Shown here: positions 38,641 through 46,835 of the stretch, one piece after another
Layout of the letters: every line of letters starts with the position of its first letter
Numbering within the stretch: position 1 is the stretch's first letter
Virus record (IMG/VR): IMGVR_UViG_3300042391_000275
Coordinates: 1 to 61,659 of that record
DNA length: 61,659 nt
Direction: 5' to 3' (one strand)
DNA from: a virus
Taxonomy: Duplodnaviria > Caudoviricetes
Position numbers and translations under genes: made by a program
The notes under the pieces: generated by a model
What the model was told of the DNA's origin: nothing
The model's database searches: none
Seen by the model: only the letters and a program-made list of their open reading frames with translations

Positions 38641-38660
38641 TGTAATGTTATGTGCTTTAG

Positions 38661-38960
38661 TTAGGGCCAAGAAACTGGGAATGCGTTTTTTGTGTGAGTC
38701 TTTTCTTCGTCACCAAGAGTGATCATTGTGGTGTACTTGGGTTGTCTATTGTAGATGAAATCCTCTAATCTTCCTCCATCTTCCTCGCTTAGTACCTCAT
38801 TCTCGTCTGATGAGAGGAAATGAATCCCATGAATTTCTGGACATGAGAAAAGAGATTCCTTCACATTTTTGATGTAGATCTCGCCAAAAGTGTCGGTTGT
38901 TAGTTCTGTTGCATTAGGAACCATGCAGGTTACCTCAATGGTGATCTTTAGGCTTTTCAT
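38661..38960 (-). CDS. Hypothetical protein
   Basis: ORF with ATGA coupling. Confidence 0.5.
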   Translation of the reverse strand: MKSLKITIEVTCMVPNATELTTDTFGEIYIKNVKESLFSCPEIHGIHFLSSDENEVLSEEDGGRLEDFIYNRQPKYTTMITLGDEEKTHTKNAFPVSWP

Positions 38961-39101
38961 TTGTTTCTCCAATCATCTTCCAAATCGACTCCGTATTTCT
39001 TCTTTGAAATGTAGTTTGTAACTTGGCACATGATCTCAGCGAAGATGTAGATGAGCATGACAAGAGTAACGCTGCCCATGAATAGTTCGATGCTTGTCAT
39101 A

Positions 39102-39329
39102 CTAGTCGCTCCAGCAGTCGTAACTTCCCTCGTAGACATATCCATTTTCGTCTCTCGTTTCGTTGAACGTGAACGATTGTCCAAACATATCGTGAGAGGC
39201 ACAGATGGACTCGATGATAAGGTTCGATAGATAGCATCGTGACGTGATACGGAATGTTCCCCAGTCCCGTGTGCCTCGGTCGTTGCGAGACTTGTCTGCC
39301 TCGACTGTGATTACGTTTAGTTGTTTCAT
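39102..39329 (-). CDS. Hypothetical protein
   Basis: 75-aa ORF downstream of a T-loop-like hairpin. Confidence 0.55.
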   Translation of the reverse strand: MKQLNVITVEADKSRNDRGTRDWGTFRITSRCYLSNLIIESICASHDMFGQSFTFNETRDENGYVYEGSYDCWSD

Positions 39330-39344
39330 TTGATTCGTTAGGTT

Positions 39345-39369
39345 TGGAGCGGGGATAGAACCCGCTCCA
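39345..39369 (-). other. T-loop-like intergenic hairpin (copy A)
   Basis: TGGAGCGGG-TTCTATC-CCCGCTCCA. Confidence 0.65.
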
Positions 39370-39377
39370 TTTTTTAG

Positions 39378-39557
39378 TTAGGCATTAATCCACTCTTCAA
39401 AAGTTTTTAGTGGTTCTCCGTTGCGAGTTATGTCTCCACCTTTTCCGTCATTGGCACATTCAATGTAGACATTGTATCGATCAGCAATCGATCCGCTGTA
39501 GCGCGTAACTGTGATCTGTGGTTGGAGTGTTCCGTCTTTGTTGATTCCTGTTTTCAT
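39378..39557 (-). CDS. Hypothetical protein (59 aa), not in ORF track
   Basis: MKTGINKDGTLQPQ...PLKTFEEWINA, first gene after a predicted promoter. Confidence 0.6.
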   Translation of the reverse strand: MKTGINKDGTLQPQITVTRYSGSIADRYNVYIECANDGKGGDITRNGEPLKTFEEWINA

Positions 39558-39620
39558 TTGATATGGTGTATTTATTTAGCTAACGGCACTACATCTAGGG
39601 TTAAAATTCAAACTCGTCAA
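39554..39620 (-). promoter_or_regulatory. Promoter overlapped by NrdR-box-like operator(s)
   Basis: TTGACG-17nt-TAGATG. GCACTACATCTAGGGT (39586-39601) covers the -10. Degenerate partner box 32 bp away (39554-39569). Confidence 0.6.
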
Positions 39621-39783
39621 CAGAATTTTCTTCGATGTGCGAAAAATATTTATTGTAGATTTCTATTGCCAGATTGTACTTTTCCTGAGCGTCCGCAAAC
39701 CTAGATTTCATGCGGCTCTTCCAGATTGCTGTTGCAGTGTCTAGCAGAATGCAAGCCTCGTCGAAGTGGTGATCAATGCTCAT
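39601..39783 (-). CDS. Hypothetical protein
   Basis: Overlaps the end of dnaB. Confidence 0.45.
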   Translation of the reverse strand: MSIDHHFDEACILLDTATAIWKSRMKSRFADAQEKYNLAIEIYNKYFSHIEENSVDEFEF

Positions 39784-41068
39784 CGATTTGTTCAAAGCGA
39801 GAAATTTCTCCGCGCATTTTTACAGGAACGAATACGTCACGTTGACCACGTCGATTCTTGCCAATGTGGATGCGCGAAGTTGGTTGGGTTTCGACTTTCT
39901 TCTTGTATGACGCAACTTCCTTCTTCTTCTCGTCTGGATGAGAGATGAGAACCAAGAAATCGGTATGATGCGCGATTGCTCTGGACTCACGCACTGCACC
40001 TTCGTCGTTCAATTGTGATGCGGTAATGATTGCGGAGTTTGTCTTGAGTCCCGTTAGCTTGAGTCTGCGTGATAGCTCACTCACTGCCTGTTCGCGGTTA
40101 TCTGCTGATGGCATGGTTACGATTTGAAGGTAGTCAACCACGAGCAGATCAGCCTTGCCAAGTGAAGCAAGACGTGATGCCTCTGCTGCAATCTCACCAA
40201 CCTCGGATAGATCATCGCGGATCGTTAGCTTCATCTGCATGAGTTGAGTTATTGCACTTGAGATATCCTTTGCAGATGCAACACCTCTCCACTCCGTGAC
40301 TCCCTCCATCTCACGCAGTGGCAGGATTGTTTTCCCAAGCAGATTGGAAGCTATGCGTTGCAGAATAGCCTTAGCTGGCATTTCTAGCGAAAAGATCGTT
40401 ACTGATTTGTTGTTGAGCAATGCCTGTAGTGCGGCTTGGTAAAGCAGGATTGATTTACCTCCGCTGGTCTGCGCTCCTACCACTAGCATCTCACCTCTGC
40501 GAACACCTCCACCAAGCAACTTATCCAGCTTGGGAATTCCAGTGGGAAAATTCTCTAGTGGGGTCTTGTCCTCCAGATCGTCCAAAAAGTCATTCAGATG
40601 GGCCTTAACGTCCTTGCACTGGTGTTCTGGTACGATTGCATTAGCAAAGGACTCAGCGAGGCTAGAAAGGTCTGCCTTCATCGCGCAAACGTCATCATGG
40701 TTATCCTCCCACGTTTTGATGGCATCACGATACCCTTTTGCCCTTATCAGTTGCGAGCGATAGTCCGCTGCGGTTTCGAGGCACATAGCACCGGGGGACA
40801 GGAAGATTGTCTGGAGGATATCCATGACTCCATCCTTCCCTCCACAGGCATTAAGCTTGCCAGTTGTCTCAAGATCACTCAATGCCCCTAGTGCGTTGGT
40901 GGATCCTGTCCGCTGGTACACTCTTTCAAGTGCAGTGAAGATGAGTTTGTGTTGAGAGAAAGCAAACAGATCCTCTGACCACGATAGGTGAGGGAGAACT
41001 TCTGGATCGATTGCGATTAGTGACAATGCTGCCTTCTCTGCTGTTGTTGCGATTGGTGTGTTTTTCAT
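39773..41068 (-). CDS. dnaB: Replicative DNA helicase DnaB-like
   Basis: GAQTSGGKS Walker A, FSLEM, VVDYLQ, ASQLN, RES, KNRRG. Confidence 0.95.
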   Translation of the reverse strand: MKNTPIATTAEKAALSLIAIDPEVLPHLSWSEDLFAFSQHKLIFTALERVYQRTGSTNALGALSDLETTGKLNACGGKDGVMDILQTIFLSPGAMCLETAADYRSQLIRAKGYRDAIKTWEDNHDDVCAMKADLSSLAESFANAIVPEHQCKDVKAHLNDFLDDLEDKTPLENFPTGIPKLDKLLGGGVRRGEMLVVGAQTSGGKSILLYQAALQALLNNKSVTIFSLEMPAKAILQRIASNLLGKTILPLREMEGVTEWRGVASAKDISSAITQLMQMKLTIRDDLSEVGEIAAEASRLASLGKADLLVVDYLQIVTMPSADNREQAVSELSRRLKLTGLKTNSAIITASQLNDEGAVRESRAIAHHTDFLVLISHPDEKKKEVASYKKKVETQPTSRIHIGKNRRGQRDVFVPVKMRGEISRFEQIDEH

Positions 41069-41316
41069 TTGATTAAGAATGCTGGAGTGTTTTCACCGAC
41101 ATATGCACCTTGGACGTTAAACTCAAAATACTCTTCAGCTTCTTCGCTTGTCATGTCTTTCATTAAGATTTCTATGCACTTCTTTCTGTCGTATACTGCA
41201 AATGCAGTTGTGAATTGATAAGCTACACCAATGAATGCTGACTCAAATCCATCTGCCAAGATGATTGGCTCATCTTCTCCAACTAATTCAATTATTTTTT
41301 TGTTTATGTTTTTCAT
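41065..41316 (-). CDS. Conserved phage hypothetical protein
   Basis: ADGFESAFIG...EEAEEYFEFNVQGAYVGENTP motif. Confidence 0.65.
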   Translation of the reverse strand: MKNINKKIIELVGEDEPIILADGFESAFIGVAYQFTTAFAVYDRKKCIEILMKDMTSEEAEEYFEFNVQGAYVGENTPAFLIK

Positions 41317-42317
41317 TTGTTTAAAAAGTCTATTATTCCTTTAACTGTATTTCTTTTTTCTAAAATAATATCGTTATGTAATTTGTTTTGTTGTTTTATT
41401 AACTCACTATAATTTAATGAATTGATATATTCATTTAGTTCTTGCTTGTAACAATTTTCTGGTAGAATTGCATTTTTATTAATGTTATATCCGCTTTTTT
41501 GAATGGTTTTACTTGTGTTTGGAGCAAAAAGACAAACAACGTCACACATTAACGCTTCATAAAATCGATTTGCCATGAATGCATAGTTTTCATGCGTGTG
41601 CTTATCTTCGATATATAAACTATATTTATAGTTCCTTAACCCTTCCATTCCAACTTCCCACTTTAATGGCTTGATGCAATTTGACGTGCATCCCATAGCT
41701 TTAAATTTAGTCCAGTGCTTAATGCTTGCAGAGATAGTAATTCCTTGATGCAGGTAATCTTTAAAATCATCGCATCGATGCTTCCTGTATGTTCCGTAAT
41801 ATATTGTGCCAGATCTGTCTGTTTGTATTAGATCTTTTTTTATCTGAGTGTCATTTCTAAATATTAAACAATTTAGGTTGCAGGTATGCCAGTTATCAAT
41901 GAAGTCATTTAACTTTTTGTTAGAGATATTTTTGCTCAAGATCCAATGACGATATCCAGTTCTAGGATTGTTACATATCATATCGTAACTTCTTCCTTTT
42001 TCAGTAATTGCATATCTTAGAAGTTGATTGTCTTCTAAGTCATGGTCATTTACTAACCATATCAATCTAGCCTTTGGATTGTTGTCTAACACCTTCCTGT
42101 ATTCATTATGTGGCATATATGGAGATGCGTAACAGCAAATGATAACATCATAATTTTTATCCATTGCTTTTGGTATCCCATACTCTCCATCTAACAAATC
42201 TGCATTTAACTCATTTTTTAGAATAAGAGAGTTCCTGCAATGAACTATTGAGGTGTCACTGTAATCTTCTGCTAATGGTTTTGTTTTTGATGTAGATTCA
42301 ATTATTAGAATATTCAT
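41313..42317 (-). CDS. T4 beta-glucosyltransferase-like GT-B enzyme
   Basis: IYYGTYRKHR and SLYIED...ANRFYEALMCDVVCLF parallel T4 BGT IYGGSFR and IGD...RVWETMASDAVML. AT-rich. Confidence 0.55.
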   Translation of the reverse strand: MNILIIESTSKTKPLAEDYSDTSIVHCRNSLILKNELNADLLDGEYGIPKAMDKNYDVIICCYASPYMPHNEYRKVLDNNPKARLIWLVNDHDLEDNQLLRYAITEKGRSYDMICNNPRTGYRHWILSKNISNKKLNDFIDNWHTCNLNCLIFRNDTQIKKDLIQTDRSGTIYYGTYRKHRCDDFKDYLHQGITISASIKHWTKFKAMGCTSNCIKPLKWEVGMEGLRNYKYSLYIEDKHTHENYAFMANRFYEALMCDVVCLFAPNTSKTIQKSGYNINKNAILPENCYKQELNEYINSLNYSELIKQQNKLHNDIILEKRNTVKGIIDFLNK

Positions 42318-42318
42318 G

Positions 42319-43014
42319 CTAGTACCCCCTATTGTTTGTCTGTTGCACTTTGCAAACCCATTCAGCTTTGAATCCTTGCCAACCACGGGTCACGCATTCT
42401 GAGATTGCTTCCTCCAGTGTCCACCCTGCTTCCTCTGCTTCACGTTCAATTCCGTTAAGCGCAGTTTGAGTTAATGGTGATTTCTTTGCCTTCCTGATTT
42501 TAATAAAATCATTCCAGACCTGTTCAGGAACTGAATCTGGTCTATTTATATTATTAGTAATAGAAGATGAAGAAGAAGATGAAGAAGAAGACTGTAGTGT
42601 TGCCTTTTGGTTGATACCATTTGGCAAGCAATCTTCAACCACCCTTGCAAGTGTGGTTGAACCACCCTTGAGCATTTTACGCATTTCGGCAGACTTCTTA
42701 CCACCTTCGGCACTCTTACGCACCCATTCATTCTGTTTTAAGATTTCCTGCTCCAACCTCTCATGCACCATGCATGAAGTGTCGTTGGGGTGTGGTTTGA
42801 ACATGGTTGCAACGGTGGTTGCAAGGGTGGTTGAAGCACCCTTGCCAATCAATCGTGCTATTTGATCTGGATTCGCTGGGATACTTCCGTGCTGCCAACA
42901 ATAGCAAAGCAAGCGGATATAAGCCCCCTCTTCTTCAAGACTCATCAACGCTACACGTTGAGATCCCAAATAATCAGCGGGGTAGAACTGAAATGCTGGT
43001 CGTTTAATTTTCAT
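42319..43014 (-). CDS. Replication initiator (DUF1376/YdaU-like N-terminus)
   Basis: PAFQFYPADYL...SLEEEGAYIRLLCYCW and C-terminal WNDFIKIRKAKK...WQGFKAEW. Lies upstream of dnaB. Confidence 0.8.
   Translation of the reverse strand: MKIKRPAFQFYPADYLGSQRVALMSLEEEGAYIRLLCYCWQHGSIPANPDQIARLIGKGASTTLATTVATMFKPHPNDTSCMVHERLEQEILKQNEWVRKSAEGGKKSAEMRKMLKGGSTTLARVVEDCLPNGINQKATLQSSSSSSSSSSITNNINRPDSVPEQVWNDFIKIRKAKKSPLTQTALNGIEREAEEAGWTLEEAISECVTRGWQGFKAEWVCKVQQTNNRGY
42541..42845. repeat. Putative replication origin: iterons plus AT-rich tract inside the initiator gene
   Basis: TTGCAAGkGTGGTTGAAsCACCCTTG at 42645 and 42819, palindrome 42634-42661, AT-rich 42541-42563. Confidence 0.6.
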
Positions 43015-43134
43015 AGTATAAAAAAAGACCCACCTCAAGTGATACTCCCACAAGGAATCTTATGGGCATGAGGTAGGTCAAATTGGTTGGTTTTTAACGA
43101 TGGTATCAAACATCGCGCTTCGTCTGAAGCTAAC

Positions 43135-43164
43135 TCAAAATATCTAGCTTTTGGATTTCGTCAA
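43135..43164 (-). promoter_or_regulatory. Promoter of replication operon with weak NrdR-box-like site
   Basis: TTGACG-16nt-TATTTT overlapped by TCAAAATATCTAGCTT. Confidence 0.4.
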
Positions 43165-43491
43165 ATTGTTTTTTACTGACCAATCCCAAACCTCCAAAAG
43201 TTCCTGTGCCTTTGGGTCAACGAAATCTTCGCTTAGTCCATAGGATTTTAGTTCAATCCATGTACCATCTGGAAGTTCACCCGTGCATTTAACCTCATAA
43301 CCAATCTTTGGGTATCCATATTTTCGATAGTTGTAGACGTAAACTTCAACCTGCTTCTTCTTCCCCTCGTTGCAACGACACTCCTCATGCCCATCGAAGG
43401 TTTGGTAGAATGCAATGTCGGACTGATTGAGGAAGTCTTTGAATTGCTTCCAGCCATTACCTGTTAGTTTATCAAAGTTCAGTTCGTTCAT
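43144..43491 (-). CDS. Hypothetical protein
   Basis: 115-aa coupled ORF. Confidence 0.55.
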   Translation of the reverse strand: MNELNFDKLTGNGWKQFKDFLNQSDIAFYQTFDGHEECRCNEGKKKQVEVYVYNYRKYGYPKIGYEVKCTGELPDGTWIELKSYGLSEDFVDPKAQELLEVWDWSVKNNLTKSKS

Positions 43492-44531
43492 AGTTTTGCT
43501 TTCTTAGGTTTGTCTTCGACCAACTTCACGATTTCCTCGCCAACATCTGGCTGGATTTGGGATAGGTCGTATCCTACCGAATCGCAGTACTTCTGCAGTT
43601 TTGTAGCAGAGATGCTACCACCGAATAGTTTAATGCTGTCGGATAATGACATTTCGGTTAAGTTACCGATATGTTCTATTACCTCCTCAGGATATGTCTC
43701 ACGTCCCTTTTGACGTTGCAACTTCCAGCCATAAACCTTCTCCCCTGATTGTAGCTTTTCTTTCAGCAGATCCTTTGCCCAATCAACTAGGTAGTTGTTG
43801 AAAATACTGCTCTGTTTTACAAACGTGGAGAGTCGCTCGATATCACCTGCGAGATGCTCCTGCATTTGCGCTAGGTTGGTCTGTAGGTCGTTTTCCACAA
43901 CCGCTAGTGTGTTGGCAAGCGGAACTGAGATTTGAGCGCACGTTGTTGCCTTTTTGCACCAGCGGCAGTAGTCGCAAGCTGTCGGTGTTTTGTCTGGATT
44001 ATGATATGCTGCTAGGATTCCCTCAACAACCTGCTTGGCTTCCTCGATTGTCCAGCTATGCGTGACCACACGCTCCTGATCACAGAACAGCAGGTGCGTA
44101 GTCCATTCGCGAATAGCGTATTCACCCGTTTCAAAATCGTAGCTTGCTGCCATGTTACCATACGCATAGGCACACTGCTGCTCAAGATACGAACGTAGGA
44201 TTCCTGATTTTAGGTCTAGGCTAGTATGGATAGCAGGAATGCGGCAATCCTCGGTTCCAACGTGATCGATCCCCGGCGTTTTAACCTTGAGACTATTCTC
44301 GTCGGTTACCACCTCATGGTCACCAGCGATTGTTTTTGTCATCTCGATGGCCCACATGACCGCATCAGCATCCTTGGGTTTTAGTGCAAGGAATGGCTTA
44401 TTATTGCCCATGAACATTTCCCTGAATGCCTCGTCCATCTTAGTACCGCGAGATGCGGCATAAGATTGTCCCTCCTTGGACTCAAAACAAGCACACTCAG
44501 CCAACTTGGGAAGTAACGAATGACGGATCAT
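43488..44531 (-). CDS. PD-(D/E)XK exonuclease (Cas4/DUF2800-like)
   Basis: GTEDC...DLKSG...QQCAYA and CDYCRWC..C cluster. Adjacent to ERF. Confidence 0.75.
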   Translation of the reverse strand: MIRHSLLPKLAECACFESKEGQSYAASRGTKMDEAFREMFMGNNKPFLALKPKDADAVMWAIEMTKTIAGDHEVVTDENSLKVKTPGIDHVGTEDCRIPAIHTSLDLKSGILRSYLEQQCAYAYGNMAASYDFETGEYAIREWTTHLLFCDQERVVTHSWTIEEAKQVVEGILAAYHNPDKTPTACDYCRWCKKATTCAQISVPLANTLAVVENDLQTNLAQMQEHLAGDIERLSTFVKQSSIFNNYLVDWAKDLLKEKLQSGEKVYGWKLQRQKGRETYPEEVIEHIGNLTEMSLSDSIKLFGGSISATKLQKYCDSVGYDLSQIQPDVGEEIVKLVEDKPKKAKL

Positions 44532-45157
44532 TTCGATGCCTCCCACTTAGCAACTGCTGCCAAGAACTTTTCTGGAGAGACGAGCAAGTTGTCACGATAC
44601 TTGCCAACGGGAAGATCCGTCCATAGTTGACCAACTTTGATCTCCCCTTTCGAGATCAGGTATCCCGTAGCCGATTCAGCTTTGGTTGCAATCACTGCCT
44701 CAACCTTTGCGAACCAGTTCGGATCCTGCTTGGGTGTTGCAGGTGCTATGACCTTTGGTGGAATTGTCCTAGCTTGCGGAACAACGCGAGATGCTGCCTG
44801 ACCATCGTCATCTTCAGGTGCAATGCCACACGCTGCCATAAGCGAATACCTGCGGGCATAGGTCAATGCAGACCCGTATCCCATTGCGTCATTCTTGCTG
44901 GCTGGAACGTGCAGCTTACCCGCTGAGAATGTCTCACCAGATTCGTGGATGAATAGAGTTTCGACAAGAACACCAGATTCACATTCGTGAGTCTGTTGAA
45001 CCAATGCGATTCCATTGTCATTCAAGCCACCCATGACAGCTTCGACGCAAGCAGACAGATCTGCATACCGCGAACGGAAGTGAGGGTTGGTTGATGTTTT
45101 GAGTGCTGGGCCGAATGCCCTCTGAGCTTTGACTAGTGCTGATGCTATGTTCTTCAT
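44528..45157 (-). CDS. erf: ERF-family ssDNA annealing recombinase
   Basis: NPHFRSRYADL...GSALTYARRYSL...EDDDG. Confidence 0.92.
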   Translation of the reverse strand: MKNIASALVKAQRAFGPALKTSTNPHFRSRYADLSACVEAVMGGLNDNGIALVQQTHECESGVLVETLFIHESGETFSAGKLHVPASKNDAMGYGSALTYARRYSLMAACGIAPEDDDGQAASRVVPQARTIPPKVIAPATPKQDPNWFAKVEAVIATKAESATGYLISKGEIKVGQLWTDLPVGKYRDNLLVSPEKFLAAVAKWEASK

Positions 45158-45184
45158 TTGTTTATTTACTGGTTTGTTGTTTGT

Positions 45185-45352
45185 TTACTGACGAGTGAAA
45201 TCTTCCCATTGTTCGCAAGTGCGCTCATGCTTCTTGCGCTTGTCGCAATACTGTTTGAATCGATATAGGATGTTTTCCTGTCCAAGCCTATAGCAAGCGA
45301 AGCAAGAAGCGAATGACAAGAGGAAATATGAAACCGCAAATGTGGTGGTCAT
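45185..45352 (-). CDS. Small membrane-anchored hypothetical protein, not in ORF track
   Basis: MTTTFAVSYFLLSFASCFACYRLG, ATGA coupled. Confidence 0.5.
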   Translation of the reverse strand: MTTTFAVSYFLLSFASCFACYRLGQENILYRFKQYCDKRKKHERTCEQWEDFTRQ

Positions 45353-45480
45353 TGGTTTTTGGTTAGGATGAATGTTACTACGAGAATCGCTACTGCTGGT
45401 GCGATTGCCTTGAACGCTTCCAGCGTATGCTGGAGCGTCACAATCAAGGGGACGGACGTGAATGTTTCGATGATGCTCAT
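45349..45480 (-). CDS. Small membrane protein
   Basis: C-terminal hydrophobic AIAPAVAILVVTFIL. Confidence 0.45.
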   Translation of the reverse strand: MSIIETFTSVPLIVTLQHTLEAFKAIAPAVAILVVTFILTKNQ

Positions 45481-45481
45481 A

Positions 45482-45700
45482 TTAAAAAATCGCAAGTGCG
45501 TTTTGTGCTTCCTCGTCAGAAAGGATGAGATCACTGCCGCAATCGAGGTAGGCGTGTTTGCCCGTGGACTGCTGCCAACAGTAGAGGAGTCTGCGTCCGC
45601 TGCGTGATGTGAAGGGTTGCTCAGTTCCACCGCAAGCGGGGATCCAGTTTCCTTGTGCGGCTTTTTCTGCGAGGTGGTTGATGAGGTCTGTGATGTTCAT
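45482..45700 (-). CDS. Conserved phage hypothetical protein
   Basis: WIPACGGTEQPF...LLYCW...HAYLD. ATG 9 nt after a predicted -10. Confidence 0.6.
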   Translation of the reverse strand: MNITDLINHLAEKAAQGNWIPACGGTEQPFTSRSGRRLLYCWQQSTGKHAYLDCGSDLILSDEEAQNALAIF

Positions 45701-45709
45701 AAGATCTGA

Positions 45710-45739
45710 AGAATAATCCAATCTGCTTGGGATTGTCAA
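45710..45739 (-). promoter_or_regulatory. Early promoter with operator palindrome in the spacer
   Basis: TTGACA-18nt-TATTCT containing CCAAGCAGATTGG. Confidence 0.55.
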
Positions 45740-45900
45740 CAAGGTTTTTTTGGAAAGATTCCAGCGGATTTTAAAGCGTCTTTGCACTGGTCGATGAGCA
45801 ACGAATCCTTGTGACCATATGCGTCAATGACTGCCTGTAGTGCCTCCACCAATTTCGTGTGCGAAGCGTTTTTATAATGCGTGGATGATTTGAATTTCAT
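45736..45900 (-). CDS. Hypothetical protein
   Basis: ATG just downstream of a T-loop-like hairpin. Confidence 0.5.
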   Translation of the reverse strand: MKFKSSTHYKNASHTKLVEALQAVIDAYGHKDSLLIDQCKDALKSAGIFPKKPC

Positions 45901-45920
45901 TTGGTTTGGTTGGGTTGTGG

Positions 45921-45943
45921 GGCGAGGGGATAGAACCCTCGCC
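45921..45943 (-). other. T-loop-like intergenic hairpin (copy B)
   Basis: GGCGAGGG-TTCTATC-CCCTCGCC. Confidence 0.65.
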
Positions 45944-45952
45944 AATTAAAAA

Positions 45953-46327
45953 TTAAAAAGAATAATCGTAGTAGTGATCACGATTGCCGATTGCGAGACG
46001 CTGGCCGCGAATTGATTCGCCTTGTCGAACCCATGCGCCATTTTTGCGAAGGGTGAAAAATGTCGGCGATCCAGTTCCACGCTCGAAAGAGTATTCTTGG
46101 GAGTCGCTCATTCCGTTTTCGTCAACACGGGTTGCAATGTCTTCAACAATTCCGACACGCTTGCCGCTCTTGCTCACTTCGGTAATTGTGCAGGCGCGGC
46201 GATCAGTCCATCCAAGGATTGTTGCACCCATTCCTGTTTCTGGAGCCGACATACGGCATCCGCTAATAATGTGATTCATCAATGAACCTGTTTCTGTGCC
46301 TGCTTTAAGTTGTGTTGCTGTTGTCAT
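45953..46327 (-). CDS. Conserved early phage protein
   Basis: GMGATILGWTDR...FTLRKNGAW...RDHYYDYSF, with A-rich leader. Confidence 0.65.
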   Translation of the reverse strand: MTTATQLKAGTETGSLMNHIISGCRMSAPETGMGATILGWTDRRACTITEVSKSGKRVGIVEDIATRVDENGMSDSQEYSFERGTGSPTFFTLRKNGAWVRQGESIRGQRLAIGNRDHYYDYSF

Positions 46328-46383
46328 TTTTTTATTTGGTTTTTGTTTTTTGGTTCGTCGGCGGGTTGCCTTCGATGGAGATG

Positions 46384-46411
46384 ACAATACCAAGCCGCTT
46401 GGGTTATGCAA
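46384..46411 (-). promoter_or_regulatory. Early promoter with operator palindrome in the spacer
   Basis: TTGCAT-16nt-TATTGT containing the palindrome CCAAGCGGCTTGG. Confidence 0.55.
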
Positions 46412-46531
46412 CAAATATTTTCGGTATTTTTTTCGGTAAGATAAAAAAAGTTACTTTATTCTATTGACACCCGCAGATGCCGATAGAATCAAGCTGCGCG
46501 GATAAGAACCAAGCGACATACTAGCTTCTAA

Positions 46532-46687
46532 CTAGGTTGCCGCGCAGATTTCCATCTTTCGAGGTCTGCCACCTTTCGCACCATTAGCCCGTGCTGCCTC
46601 AACTTTTTTCTCAGTAGAAACGCATCCACCCTTGCGTCCAATCTCCGACAAAAACTGCCGCACTACATCAGGAATCGTTGTCTTCAT
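46532..46687 (-). CDS. Small basic DNA-binding protein (NGAKGGRPRK type)
   Basis: FLSEIGRKGG...KKVEAARANGAKGGRPRK with AT-hook-like GRP. Confidence 0.6.
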   Translation of the reverse strand: MKTTIPDVVRQFLSEIGRKGGCVSTEKKVEAARANGAKGGRPRKMEICAAT

Positions 46688-46835
46688 CGTCATCTCTCTT
46701 TTTGGATTTTCGTCGGGAAGACCAGTCGATATCGTCGTAGTTGTCTTGGTACTTTCGTTCCCAAGTTTTGGTGCGAGGCTTATCTCCCTTGCCGTTTCTG
46801 TGCCACTCATTGTTGTCAATCTTTCCGTGACTCAT
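46668..46835 (-). CDS. Hypothetical protein
   Basis: GKGDKPR...YQDNYDDIDW motif. Confidence 0.55.
   Translation of the reverse strand: MSHGKIDNNEWHRNGKGDKPRTKTWERKYQDNYDDIDWSSRRKSKKRDDDEDNDS

Noticed and set aside
39345-39369. tRNA gene (also 45921-45943)
   Set aside because: Only a T-arm-like hairpin is present, with no D-arm, anticodon arm or acceptor stem.
43488-44531. CRISPR-associated Cas4
   Set aside because: No other cas genes or array. Adjacency to ERF indicates a recombination exonuclease.
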